Source: Bacteroidales bacterium
GTDB lineage: Bacteria; Bacteroidota; Bacteroidia; Bacteroidales; WCHB1-69
Reading direction: 5' to 3'
NCBI GenBank assembly: GCA_024400785.1
Contig: JAKSME010000001.1
Span: 16,198-80,197, forward strand
Length of the DNA stretch: 64,000 nucleotides
Shown: in pieces, positions 46,429 through 55,710 of the stretch
Layout of the letters: every line of letters begins with the position of its first letter
Position numbering within the stretch: the first letter of the stretch is position 1
Program-made: the position numbers and the translations under genes
The notes under the pieces: model-generated
Seen by the model: the letters and a program-made list of their open reading frames with translations, nothing else
Database searches by the model: none
What the model was told of the DNA's origin: nothing

Positions 46429-48516
46429 ATGAATCTTTCAAACTATCCTATTCTCCGTTTGCTCTTGCCCCTTCTTTGCGGTATCTGTTTGGTGTATTCT
46501 AATTGTCTGAGTTTTCATAACTATTTGATACCCTTTATATTGATATTTACTTCTCTGTCTTTGGGCTTGTTCCTGCGACTTTTCTTCCCAAGGTTTCTTC
46601 CCTGGTTTCCCTTTGTCTTGCTTTTCAGTGCTATGCTGTTTCTTGGAATGATCCTAACTTCATTTAAATTTTCACCACCCTCACTTCATAAAAATGAAAA
46701 ATTGGTAGAAAGCAGTCGCTTTTTTGCAGCAAGAATTATTGAAAAACCCCTGCAAAAAGAAAAATCTGTGAAACTTCTTGTCGCACTCGAGAGAGACCAA
46801 CATAATATTAGTCTCAATGCTAACGCCACCCTCTATTTGCAAAAATCTCCTCAAGTGCAAAAACTTCAAGCAGGCGATATCATTTTTCTCCACTCCAACC
46901 TTATCCCCATCTCTCCACCGCAAAACCCCTACGCCTTCAACAATCAAGTCTATATGAAACGGCGCTCCGTATTCTTTACGGGTTACTCCGCTCATTGGAC
47001 TCCACTCACCCACCAACCCATCAACCCCATCTCTCGAACCGCAAACTCCTTACAGTCTTTTTTCTCTAAAACATTCTCTGACAACGGATTAAATGGAGAG
47101 GAGTACGCCGTCATTACCGCCGTCCTCCTTGGCAATAATGAATCCATGGAACCTGAACTGAAAGCTCGATACGCCTCCGCAGGTGTTAGCCATATCCTTT
47201 GCGTTTCAGGTATGCATGTCGGTATTATCTTCATGATTATCAACTTCTTACTCTCGCCACTCGACCATCTGCCCAAACTTAGGTTTCTCAAAGCTCTTCT
47301 CCTCTTTGTCTCCATTTGGTTTTATGCCAATATCACCGGCCTCGCCCCCTCCGTTAAACGCGCAGCCACCATGTTCACCTTTGTCCTCTTGGGACAGTCG
47401 CTCTCGCGTAATGTCAACGTCTTTCACAGCCTCTTCGCTTCAATGTTTATCTTACTGTTAATCAGTCCATTACTACTATTCGAAATCGGTTTCCAAATGA
47501 GCTACCTCGCTGTCTTCGGCATTGTGATCTTTCAACCCAAAATCTCCAACCTCCTACATCCCAAAACTAAGCTCGCTAAGTATTTCTGGGAACTCGCCGC
47601 TGTCTCTATCTCCGCCCAACTCTCCACCTTTCCCCTCTCTGTATACTACTTCGGTCAATTCCCTAACTACTTCTTACTCTCCAACTTATCGGTCATCTCG
47701 CTCTCTTTCGTCGTGGTCGTTACCGGCGTTGTCCTCCTGTCTGTTTCCTGGGCCCCTCTTCTCTCAAATGGCATCGGTTGGCTTCTCTCTTACGAAATTA
47801 AAATCCTCAATGGCATCGTCTCAGGCATAGATGCCTTGCCCGGTTCCGTAACCCAAAATATTTGTGTTAATTTTCTTCAGATGCTGCTATTTTATGGCAT
47901 TATCATTTTCTTCTTCCTTTTTATCATAAAAAAGAAAAAATTATATAAATACTTAAATCTTAGCTCTTTACTGCTACTTTCCTCCTCGTTTTGCTATAGC
48001 AAAATCCAAACCTCATATCACCACGAAGTCACTTTTTATGCTGTGGATAAAATGAGTGTCATAGGACTGAACGATGGTGGTAGTGGCATTATTCTCGAAG
48101 ACTCAGCCGCCCTCCGCAATCCTTACTGCTACGATTTTAACATCAAAAATCATGCACGAATGAATCGTATTGAAAATCAATGCTTTAGTATAGACTCCAT
48201 CTTCATTTCCCAAGACAATATTGCCAAAATCGGCCCCTTTATTCTTTTAGACAACCAAATGATTTTTCTACTCTCCGCTCATGAATATCTCTACCCAGCT
48301 CCCCACCCTATGAAAATTGACGTGCTTTGCCTTAGCAATAATCCCAAAATTCCAATGAATAAATTACTCAAAACATTTGATTGTAAGCAAATTATCATCG
48401 ACGGATCCAATTCGCGATACACAGAAAACCGTTGGATTGATTCCTGTAAAACATATCATATTCCCTGTCATTCTCTACGGCGGGACGGTTATTTTTCAGT
48501 CCAAAAAAAGTTTTGA
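46429..48516 (+). CDS. comEC: ComEC/Rec2-family DNA internalization channel protein
   Basis: About 695 aa. Many TM segments, the competence-domain motif YASAGVSHILCVSGMHVG, and a C-terminal beta-lactamase-like region. Confidence 0.85.
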   Translation: MNLSNYPILRLLLPLLCGICLVYSNCLSFHNYLIPFILIFTSLSLGLFLRLFFPRFLPWFPFVLLFSAMLFLGMILTSFKFSPPSLHKNEKLVESSRFFAARIIEKPLQKEKSVKLLVALERDQHNISLNANATLYLQKSPQVQKLQAGDIIFLHSNLIPISPPQNPYAFNNQVYMKRRSVFFTGYSAHWTPLTHQPINPISRTANSLQSFFSKTFSDNGLNGEEYAVITAVLLGNNESMEPELKARYASAGVSHILCVSGMHVGIIFMIINFLLSPLDHLPKLRFLKALLLFVSIWFYANITGLAPSVKRAATMFTFVLLGQSLSRNVNVFHSLFASMFILLLISPLLLFEIGFQMSYLAVFGIVIFQPKISNLLHPKTKLAKYFWELAAVSISAQLSTFPLSVYYFGQFPNYFLLSNLSVISLSFVVVVTGVVLLSVSWAPLLSNGIGWLLSYEIKILNGIVSGIDALPGSVTQNICVNFLQMLLFYGIIIFFFLFIIKKKKLYKYLNLSSLLLLSSSFCYSKIQTSYHHEVTFYAVDKMSVIGLNDGGSGIILEDSAALRNPYCYDFNIKNHARMNRIENQCFSIDSIFISQDNIAKIGPFILLDNQMIFLLSAHEYLYPAPHPMKIDVLCLSNNPKIPMNKLLKTFDCKQIIIDGSNSRYTENRWIDSCKTYHIPCHSLRRDGYFSVQKKF

Positions 48517-48537
48517 AAAAATGTTTATATTTGCAAG

Positions 48538-49527
48538 ATGGAAAAATATAAAGTACAATTTTGTATTGCACTGATTTTCAGTGTGTTATTCGTTGCGATG
48601 CCAGGCGATGTGGCGGCATTTTCCAACGAAATTTTCCCTTTTCGCACTTCTACACATCGTGCTGAATTTGTGAAAGTTACGTCTTCCCCCGCCCAATCTG
48701 ACCTTCTCCCCTCCCCCACAAAGAAAAAACCCCGCTCAAAATCGTCTTCCCGTAAAAACAACAAAAAAATCACCTTCGAAACCTACGAGGAAAACTACCA
48801 AAAAGCTTGCGATTTCTATAATCGCCAAATGTTTATCACTGCCGCCCGCCTCTTTGAAGAACTCTATCCCCTCTCCCTGGGAACACCTCGTGCCGATAGC
48901 ATCCTCTTCCTTTTTGCCGACTGCTATTACCAAAACCGCGATTATGAAATGGCCGCCTTCCATTTCAAAGAGTATGCCGGTAAATATTCTACCAATCCGC
49001 GTGCCGAAGATGCTCATTATAAGGCTATTCTCTCCCTCTCCCACTGCTCACCAGAATATAGCCTTGACCAAACCGACACCTATTATGTCATTGAGGAAAT
49101 TCAAGATTTCATTCGCCAATACCCTCACAGCTCTCACATGGAAGAATGTAACCAATTGCTGGATAAAATGCGTAACAAATTGGCACAAAAGCAATTCGAG
49201 ATTTTGAAACTTTACTATAACACCGAAAACTATAAAGCGGCTCAAATCATTGCCAAAAACTTTTTCAAAGAATATTCCTCCTCCTCTTTCGCCGATGACG
49301 CCTATGCGATTTTGGTGAAAAACAATTATGAATATGCGCAGAAAAGTGTTGAAAGTAAGAAAGTTGAACGTTTTAATGAATGTATTGAAGCATACCAAAA
49401 TTTGAGAATTAATTATCCGACTTCTCCCCTCATTCACGAAGTTGAAAAGTATGCTGCCGATGCCAAAAATAAAATTGAAAAGAAAGAAATTAAAAAATCC
49501 AAAAAGAAGATAAAGAATGAAGACTGA
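48538..49527 (+). CDS. bamD: Outer membrane protein assembly factor BamD (TPR lipoprotein-like)
   Basis: 329 aa. TPR-like repeats with the typical YPxS... pattern. Conserved bamD-rpoZ-coaBC neighbourhood. Confidence 0.8.
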   Translation: MEKYKVQFCIALIFSVLFVAMPGDVAAFSNEIFPFRTSTHRAEFVKVTSSPAQSDLLPSPTKKKPRSKSSSRKNNKKITFETYEENYQKACDFYNRQMFITAARLFEELYPLSLGTPRADSILFLFADCYYQNRDYEMAAFHFKEYAGKYSTNPRAEDAHYKAILSLSHCSPEYSLDQTDTYYVIEEIQDFIRQYPHSSHMEECNQLLDKMRNKLAQKQFEILKLYYNTENYKAAQIIAKNFFKEYSSSSFADDAYAILVKNNYEYAQKSVESKKVERFNECIEAYQNLRINYPTSPLIHEVEKYAADAKNKIEKKEIKKSKKKIKNED

Positions 49528-49855
49528 TTTCAAAAAAAGTAATGCGGAAACCATGGCAATTACCCGTAATATCCGCGAATTTGACAAAGAAACCGACAAC
49601 ATCTACGAAACTGTAGTGATTATGTCGAAAAGAGCCGACCAGATTTCTTTGGAAATCAAAGATGAAATGCAAAAGGAAATGCAGGAATTTGCACCGGCAC
49701 AGGATTCGCTTGATGAAGTCTATGAAAACCGCGACCAAATTGATTTGGCAAAAACGTATGAACGCCTTCCCAAACCGACTTTGATGGCCATCAAAGAATT
49801 CGAAGACCACAAAATTCATTACAAACTTAACAATGAGGAAGGGGAAAATGCATAA
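49517..49855 (+). CDS. rpoZ: DNA-directed RNA polymerase subunit omega (Bacteroidota long form)
   Basis: 112 aa. The NIYETVVIMSKRADQI motif corresponds to the omega N.Y..V....KRA.Q. signature. Position between bamD and coaBC. Confidence 0.7.
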   Translation: MKTDFKKSNAETMAITRNIREFDKETDNIYETVVIMSKRADQISLEIKDEMQKEMQEFAPAQDSLDEVYENRDQIDLAKTYERLPKPTLMAIKEFEDHKIHYKLNNEEGENA

Positions 49856-51059
49856 TTCCCCATTGCACATAGTATTAGGAATTTCAGGAGGGATAGCGGC
49901 CTATAAGTCGCTATCTCTCATTCGTTTATTGCAAAAATTGAATGCCGAGGTCCGCGTTGTCGCTACCCCGAATGCCTTGCAATTCGTTACCCCGCTTTCG
50001 TTGCAAACCCTCTCGCAAAATCCTGTCTATGTGGATCCCTTTCAACGGCTCGAAAATGTTGAAGTAGAGCACGTTGCTTTGGCAGATTGGGCCGATGCCC
50101 TGCTCGTTGCGCCCGCTACAGCCAATGTCATCGGAAAGTTCGCCCATGGCATCGCCGATGATGCTCTTTCCACACTCTTCCTCGCTTGTAACAAGCCAGT
50201 GTTCATTGCTCCCGCCATGAACAAAAATATGCTCCATAACCCCGCTCTCCAACAGAATATCAAGCTCCTTCAACAAAGAGGATGCCATATTTTAGCACCG
50301 TCTGCTGGATATTTGGCTTGCGGCACCACGGGAGACGGCCGGATGCAGGAACCAGAAGAAATTTCTCAAACAGTTGTAAACCAACTGCTTAAATCTCAAG
50401 ATTTACAGGGATTTTCAGCCTTGGTCACCGCTGGACCAACTTACGAACCTATCGACCCCGTGCGTTTCATCGGCAACTATTCTTCTGGGCTTATGGGCTT
50501 CTCCATCGCCGAAGAACTTGCTCGAAGAGGAGCTCAAGTCACTCTCATCGCTGGTCCTACCTATTTGACGACCTATCATCCTAATATACAACGAGTTGAT
50601 GTTAAAACCGCCGAGCAAATGCTCCGCGCCTGTCTCCACGTATTCCCCTCCGCACAAATCGCTATCATGTCTGCCGCTGTTGCAGATTATACTCCGGAAA
50701 CTGTTGCCCCTGAGAAAATCAAAAAGTCAGACGCCTCCCTTACCCTTCCACTGAAAAAAACAGTCGACATTTTGGCTACACTTGGTAAACAAAAGTCTGA
50801 TAATCAATATCTTGTAGGATTTGCCCTTGAAACTGAAAACGAACTCGAAAACGCTAAAATAAAACTTAAAAATAAAAATGCCGACTTTATCGTTCTAAAT
50901 TCTCTTAGAAATGATGGAGCCGGTTTTCAATGTTCCACTAATCTCGTAACTATTATCGACAAATTGGGGAATATTACTACTGGAGAATTAAAAGATAAAA
51001 AGGAAGTCGCTACGGATATTGTATCGTATCTCGTTGATTTTATGAAAGTTAAAAAATAA
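49833..51059 (+). CDS. coaBC: Bifunctional phosphopantothenoylcysteine decarboxylase/phosphopantothenate-cysteine ligase
   Basis: IVLGISGGIAAYK, PAMNKNM, ACGTTGDGRM and ITAGPTYEPIDPVRFIGNYSSG motifs. The start may instead be the ATG at 49848. Confidence 0.93.
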   Translation: MRKGKMHNSPLHIVLGISGGIAAYKSLSLIRLLQKLNAEVRVVATPNALQFVTPLSLQTLSQNPVYVDPFQRLENVEVEHVALADWADALLVAPATANVIGKFAHGIADDALSTLFLACNKPVFIAPAMNKNMLHNPALQQNIKLLQQRGCHILAPSAGYLACGTTGDGRMQEPEEISQTVVNQLLKSQDLQGFSALVTAGPTYEPIDPVRFIGNYSSGLMGFSIAEELARRGAQVTLIAGPTYLTTYHPNIQRVDVKTAEQMLRACLHVFPSAQIAIMSAAVADYTPETVAPEKIKKSDASLTLPLKKTVDILATLGKQKSDNQYLVGFALETENELENAKIKLKNKNADFIVLNSLRNDGAGFQCSTNLVTIIDKLGNITTGELKDKKEVATDIVSYLVDFMKVKK

Positions 51060-51085
51060 ATTGATTGCTTATTTCGATTCATTGT

Positions 51086-51985
51086 ATGAAAAAAATTGGC
51101 GCATTTCTTCTGTTATTAGCCCTGGTTTTCTCGCTTTCTGCGCAGGATTTTCAGTGCCAACTTTCTGTTAATTCCTCTCAAGTTGCTGGATCTAATAGAA
51201 ACAAATTCAATACTTTACAACAAGAACTCTATAAGTTTGTGAATGATAGGAAATGGTGCCAGTATAATCTCAAAACCAACGAGAGAATTGAGTGCGCTAT
51301 CATGATCAATATCAACGAGGCCGCAGGTGATACCTATACCTGCACGATGACCATCCAATTGCAACGCCCCATTTATAACACAAGCTATAAGTCGCCCGTC
51401 CTCAATTTTCAAGATAAAAGTGTGAAATTTACTTACGAAGAAGGCGCTCCGCTCGAATATGCCGAAAATAGCAACTTGTCGCAATTGACCTCACTGATAG
51501 CGTTTTACCTCAACCTTTTCCTCGCCATTGACTTCGACACGTTTTCTTCCAATGGTGGCGCACCATATTACACGCTCGCCCAGGGCGTCGTTAATGCTTG
51601 TCAAAACGCCACCGAACCTGGTTGGAAATCATACGAAACCGGACAGCGTAATCGTTACTGGATCATCGAAAATCTTACGAATCCTTCCTACAGCAAAATT
51701 CACGATTTCTTCTATAAATATCACCGCTTGGGGTTGGATATGATGTCTGAATCCGTGGACGTCGGCCGCGCTTCAATCTTGGATGCCATTCGCGATTTAC
51801 AAAAGGTAAATTCTCAAAAATCAAACATTTACATCGTTCAAATCGTCGTTCAAGCCAAGGCCGACGAGATTGTAAATATTTTCAAAGAATCGACCCCGGT
51901 GGAAAAGACGGAGGTTATTCGTTTGATGAAACAAATTGATCCTGCTAATTCAGCCAAATATAACGCTATCAATCAAGCTAATTAG
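51086..51985 (+). CDS. DUF4835-family protein
   Basis: Start taken at MKKIGAFLLLLALVFSLSAQ. Conserved position between coaBC and recN in Bacteroidota. Confidence 0.65.
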   Translation: MKKIGAFLLLLALVFSLSAQDFQCQLSVNSSQVAGSNRNKFNTLQQELYKFVNDRKWCQYNLKTNERIECAIMININEAAGDTYTCTMTIQLQRPIYNTSYKSPVLNFQDKSVKFTYEEGAPLEYAENSNLSQLTSLIAFYLNLFLAIDFDTFSSNGGAPYYTLAQGVVNACQNATEPGWKSYETGQRNRYWIIENLTNPSYSKIHDFFYKYHRLGLDMMSESVDVGRASILDAIRDLQKVNSQKSNIYIVQIVVQAKADEIVNIFKESTPVEKTEVIRLMKQIDPANSAKYNAINQAN

Positions 51986-51988
51986 TTT

Positions 51989-53641
51989 ATGCTGAGCTCG
52001 TTATACATCCAAGATTATGCGCTGATTTCCTCCCTGCAAATCCAGCTCGATAACGGAATGACCGTTATCACCGGTGAAACAGGCGCTGGAAAGTCTATCA
52101 TTATGGGCGCTCTCTCCTTGATCTTGGGTAATCGCGCTGACTCTTCCGCCCTCTTCGATAAGTCAAAAAAATGTGTGGTGGAGGCTTCTTTTGTTTTGGA
52201 AGATTTGGATGTGAAGCGTTTTTTTGAAGTTTATGACCTTGATTATCAAGATACTACAATCGTAAGGAGAGAAATTCTGCCTAACGGTAAAAGTCGCGCT
52301 TTTATTAACGATACTCCTGTCAATCTGCCCACTCTCAAGGAGTTCGCCTCCTTGATGATTGACATCCATTCCCAACATCAAAATCTCCTTTTCCAAAACG
52401 CAGATTTTCGAACGGATGTCGTTGATCTTTTCGCTGGAATTAAAAATAAAGTTTCTGACTATCAACTACTTCTCGAAGAACTGAAACAAACGCAAAAACA
52501 ATTTGACACGCTCACCGCTGAAAATCAAGCGCGTCTTGAAAAACAAGATTTTCTCCAATTCGTTTTTCAAGAATTGGAACAGGCCAATTTGAGGGAAAAT
52601 GAGCAGGAAGAATTGGAGCAAAGTATTGATTTTCTGTCACATACTGAAACAATCAAAGCCAATTTATTCCAAATTCTGCATCTTATTTCCGATGCTGACG
52701 AGTCCGCCCTCAACTCACTGCGGGAATCGAAATCATTAAGTGCTCAGATAGCACCTTATCGTTCAGATATTGAGGAACTTAATAACAGAATTGAGTCGAA
52801 TTTCATCGATTTGAAAGATATTGCGGATGAAATTTCCGCACTTAACGACCGTATCGATTACAATCCAGAGGAGTTGGAAGCTATGCGCCAACGCCTCGAC
52901 CTCATTTATGCACTTGAACAAAAGCATCACGTCTCCTCCCTTCCCCAATTGATTGAAAAGAAAAACACTATCAATCAGGAACTTGCACTTTTTTCCAGCG
53001 ATGAACAGCAACTCAATATCCTTCAACAGAAATTAGACGAAATTAAAAAGAATCTTGTTCTTCAGGCAAAACAACTCCATCAAGCTCGTGAAAAAGTGCT
53101 TCTGCCTTTACAAAAACAAATTCTGGAAAAAGTGATTGCTCTCGGAATGCCTGATGCTCAGTTTGTTATTAAGTTGGAAGAAACAACAACTCTGCAAAAA
53201 TTTGGTATAGACAACGTACAGTTTCTCTTTTCCGCTAACAAAGGAGTCCCCCTCGCCGAACTGGAAAAAGTGGCATCCGGAGGCGAAATTTCCCGACTCA
53301 TGTTGGCTGTAAAATCCACGTTATCAGAGCGTTCAGTTCTTCCCACTGTTGTCTTCGATGAAATTGATGTCGGCATCTCAGGCGAAATGGCCGGTAAAGT
53401 CGCCACGCTCATGTCCCAAATGTCTCAAAAACATCAACTGCTCGTTATTACTCACTTACCTCAAATTGCCGCTAAGGGAACCTCTCACTATCAAGTATTT
53501 AAGGAAGTTGAGAATGGGAAAAGCCATTCTCGCATACGCAAACTTTCAAAAGAAGATCGGATCATCGAAATCGCTAAAATGATGAGTGGGGAAAAGTGTA
53601 GCGATACTACACTTAAAGCCGCACAAGAACTTATAGATTAG
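51989..53641 (+). CDS. recN: DNA repair protein RecN
   Basis: 550 aa. Walker A GETGAGKS, long coiled-coil middle, signature SGGEISR, Walker B VVFDEIDVG. Confidence 0.95.
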   Translation: MLSSLYIQDYALISSLQIQLDNGMTVITGETGAGKSIIMGALSLILGNRADSSALFDKSKKCVVEASFVLEDLDVKRFFEVYDLDYQDTTIVRREILPNGKSRAFINDTPVNLPTLKEFASLMIDIHSQHQNLLFQNADFRTDVVDLFAGIKNKVSDYQLLLEELKQTQKQFDTLTAENQARLEKQDFLQFVFQELEQANLRENEQEELEQSIDFLSHTETIKANLFQILHLISDADESALNSLRESKSLSAQIAPYRSDIEELNNRIESNFIDLKDIADEISALNDRIDYNPEELEAMRQRLDLIYALEQKHHVSSLPQLIEKKNTINQELALFSSDEQQLNILQQKLDEIKKNLVLQAKQLHQAREKVLLPLQKQILEKVIALGMPDAQFVIKLEETTTLQKFGIDNVQFLFSANKGVPLAELEKVASGGEISRLMLAVKSTLSERSVLPTVVFDEIDVGISGEMAGKVATLMSQMSQKHQLLVITHLPQIAAKGTSHYQVFKEVENGKSHSRIRKLSKEDRIIEIAKMMSGEKCSDTTLKAAQELID

Positions 53642-53647
53642 TAAATT

Positions 53648-54289
53648 ATGAAAAATAAATCATTGATTTTATGGCTTCTTCTTGTCCTTCTTGCTTCTTC
53701 TGGAGCAGTTGGGCAAAATATGATGCACACCAAACATTATCGCTCCCATTTCACTTATCAAACGGGCATAGCATTTAATGCCGGCGTGGGACAGTTGAAT
53801 TTCGGTGGTCGCCACCTGGCTAACAAATTACCTAACTTCTGCGTTGATCAGGTAATCGCTTACCAATTCAACCCGTATTTTACCCTTGGTGTCGATTTGG
53901 GACTTAACGTCTGGAAAAAAACAGCCTTTATCCCCGTTGCTCTCCACATGAGCGTTGATTTTATGGACAACATCGTTTCTCCCCATTGGTATCTCAATGG
54001 TGGCTATTCTTTCAAGTGGTATGTTACCTCCAAGCCTGAAAAAATGACCAAGGTTATTTATGGCGCAAAGCCCGGATGGTACATTAATACCGGACTCGGT
54101 GCCAAAATCCGCATCAAAGAACAGATTTTTCTCGTTATCGCAGCCGATTACAAAACACAGTATTCCACCATCCAATACTCTGTAGATGAACATAATTCTG
54201 ATTTCGACTATTCCTCCGTTACAACCAACAGAACCAAAAACCTCTTCTATCATTTCGTCGGCGTCAAATTCGCCCTCCTCTATTGGTAA
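53648..54289 (+). CDS. Hypothetical outer-membrane beta-barrel-like protein
   Basis: 213 aa. Signal peptide, alternating hydrophobic pattern, C-terminal aromatic residue (YW). Confidence 0.5.
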   Translation: MKNKSLILWLLLVLLASSGAVGQNMMHTKHYRSHFTYQTGIAFNAGVGQLNFGGRHLANKLPNFCVDQVIAYQFNPYFTLGVDLGLNVWKKTAFIPVALHMSVDFMDNIVSPHWYLNGGYSFKWYVTSKPEKMTKVIYGAKPGWYINTGLGAKIRIKEQIFLVIAADYKTQYSTIQYSVDEHNSDFDYSSVTTNRTKNLFYHFVGVKFALLYW

Positions 54290-54296
54290 TTTCCCG

Positions 54297-54344
54297 TTTA
54301 ACCCTTTAACCCTTTAACCCTTTAACCCTTTAACCCTTTAACCC
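54297..54344 (+). repeat. Perfect tandem repeat TTTAACCC x6
   Basis: Six uninterrupted 8-mers lying between the stop at 54289 and the ATG at 54353. Confidence 0.95.
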
Positions 54345-54352
54345 ATTTCACC

Positions 54353-54910
54353 ATGAAACGTTTATCCCTTTTTGTCCTGTTCATCTCCGTTGCCATGCTC
54401 GGATTTGCACAAAAGAAAAACACAACGGCTCCGGTTGCACCGGACATGCCGATTGATGACGAAACACAGCTCATCACTTACAAAGAAGTTATCCAGGAAA
54501 ATGGTACTGCAAAAGAGTTGTATGCCCGTGCTTTGAATTGGGCTAAATCCTTCTACCATAATCCTTCTGAAGTGATTAAGGAACAAGATGATAAAAATTT
54601 TGTCATTAAAATGCGTGGCTCCGTTCGCATCTATTCTCATCTCAAAGATGGCAGTAAAATTACAAAAAATGTTGTCTATTACAACTTTACCTTGCAGTGT
54701 AGAGAAGGTCGTTACCGTTATACCATTACCGATTTCAATGAAAAAGCCACAGCGGCCTGCCCCATTGAAAAATGGCTCAATCCCGAAGATACCAAATGGG
54801 ATCCCGAATGTTATTTGAACCTCCAAGAGGTGGATGAACAAATCCAGGCACTCCTCTCTTCTTTGGTGGATGGTATGCAACCCGTTCAAGAAAAGGAAGA
54901 TGAGTGGTAA
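54353..54910 (+). CDS. DUF4468-like secreted protein
   Basis: 185 aa. Signal peptide. ITYKEVIQENGTAKELYARALNWAKSFY...FVIKMRGSVRIY resembles the DUF4468 (TBP-like fold) family. Confidence 0.6.
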   Translation: MKRLSLFVLFISVAMLGFAQKKNTTAPVAPDMPIDDETQLITYKEVIQENGTAKELYARALNWAKSFYHNPSEVIKEQDDKNFVIKMRGSVRIYSHLKDGSKITKNVVYYNFTLQCREGRYRYTITDFNEKATAACPIEKWLNPEDTKWDPECYLNLQEVDEQIQALLSSLVDGMQPVQEKEDEW

Positions 54911-55664
54911 AATAGTTATTATCCTCTGTCTCTTTGCACTTTTGTTGGGTTGCAAACCCAAACCTGAATCAAAGTCTACCCTTTCTTTCAATTTCAAAAT
55001 TGAAGTTGATGGAACGGATATTTCTTATCATTCTGTTGATTATGAGAATCTTGCAGGGAATAAATATCAGGTCGATGAAGTCAAATTCTTCATCTCAGGT
55101 GTCCGTTTTCATGCCAAAGAAGGCCAATGGCATTCTATACAAAAGGATGAGGGCATTCATTACTTTGATTCTAATCTTCCAAATACATATAATTGGCTGA
55201 TTGATAATGAATTAAATATTGGAAACTACGACAGTGTTTCTTTTATTTTCGGGTTGCCTCCGGAGCAAAATGTGACGGGATATTTTGTTAATCCTCCTGA
55301 AAATAATATGGCTTGGCCTGAATTGCTGGGAGGTGGGTATCATTATATGCAGATTAATGGTAAGTGGTTGAATACCAATAATATATTACAACCATTTAAT
55401 CTGCATACAGGAATAGGACAAATTTATGAAAATGGACAAGTCGCTGCCTTTGTTCACAACCATTTTTCAGTTACGCTTCCGATGAGTGAATTTGTTATGG
55501 TTGAGAACGAAGTGAGGGAAATATCTTTGGTGATGAATGTAAATGATTGGTTTAACACCCCTAATCAGTTGGATTGGAATGAGATAGGGGGGAGCATTAT
55601 GCAAAATCAGCCCGTTCAAGAACTTCTTCGCGCCAATGGTCCAACAGTTTTTTCTTTAAAATAA
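54900..55664 (+). CDS. Lipoprotein, possibly MbnP-like
   Basis: Start taken at MSGKIVIILCLFALLLGC (54900; overlaps the previous gene by 11 nt). FNFKIEVDG...YENLAGNKYQVDEVKFFISGVRF...YDSVSFIFGLP loosely resembles the MbnP family. Tentative. Confidence 0.45.
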   Translation: MSGKIVIILCLFALLLGCKPKPESKSTLSFNFKIEVDGTDISYHSVDYENLAGNKYQVDEVKFFISGVRFHAKEGQWHSIQKDEGIHYFDSNLPNTYNWLIDNELNIGNYDSVSFIFGLPPEQNVTGYFVNPPENNMAWPELLGGGYHYMQINGKWLNTNNILQPFNLHTGIGQIYENGQVAAFVHNHFSVTLPMSEFVMVENEVREISLVMNVNDWFNTPNQLDWNEIGGSIMQNQPVQELLRANGPTVFSLK

Positions 55665-55710
55665 CTCGCCCTTCCCAAAAGTTAACCGTTTTCACGTTTA
55701 ACCGTTTTTA

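Noticed and set aside
54297-54344. Telomere-like reading of TTTAACCC repeats
   Set aside because: The unit does not match known telomere repeats (e.g. CCCTAAA), and the context is a normal bacterial intergenic spacer within a circular-type gene neighbourhood.
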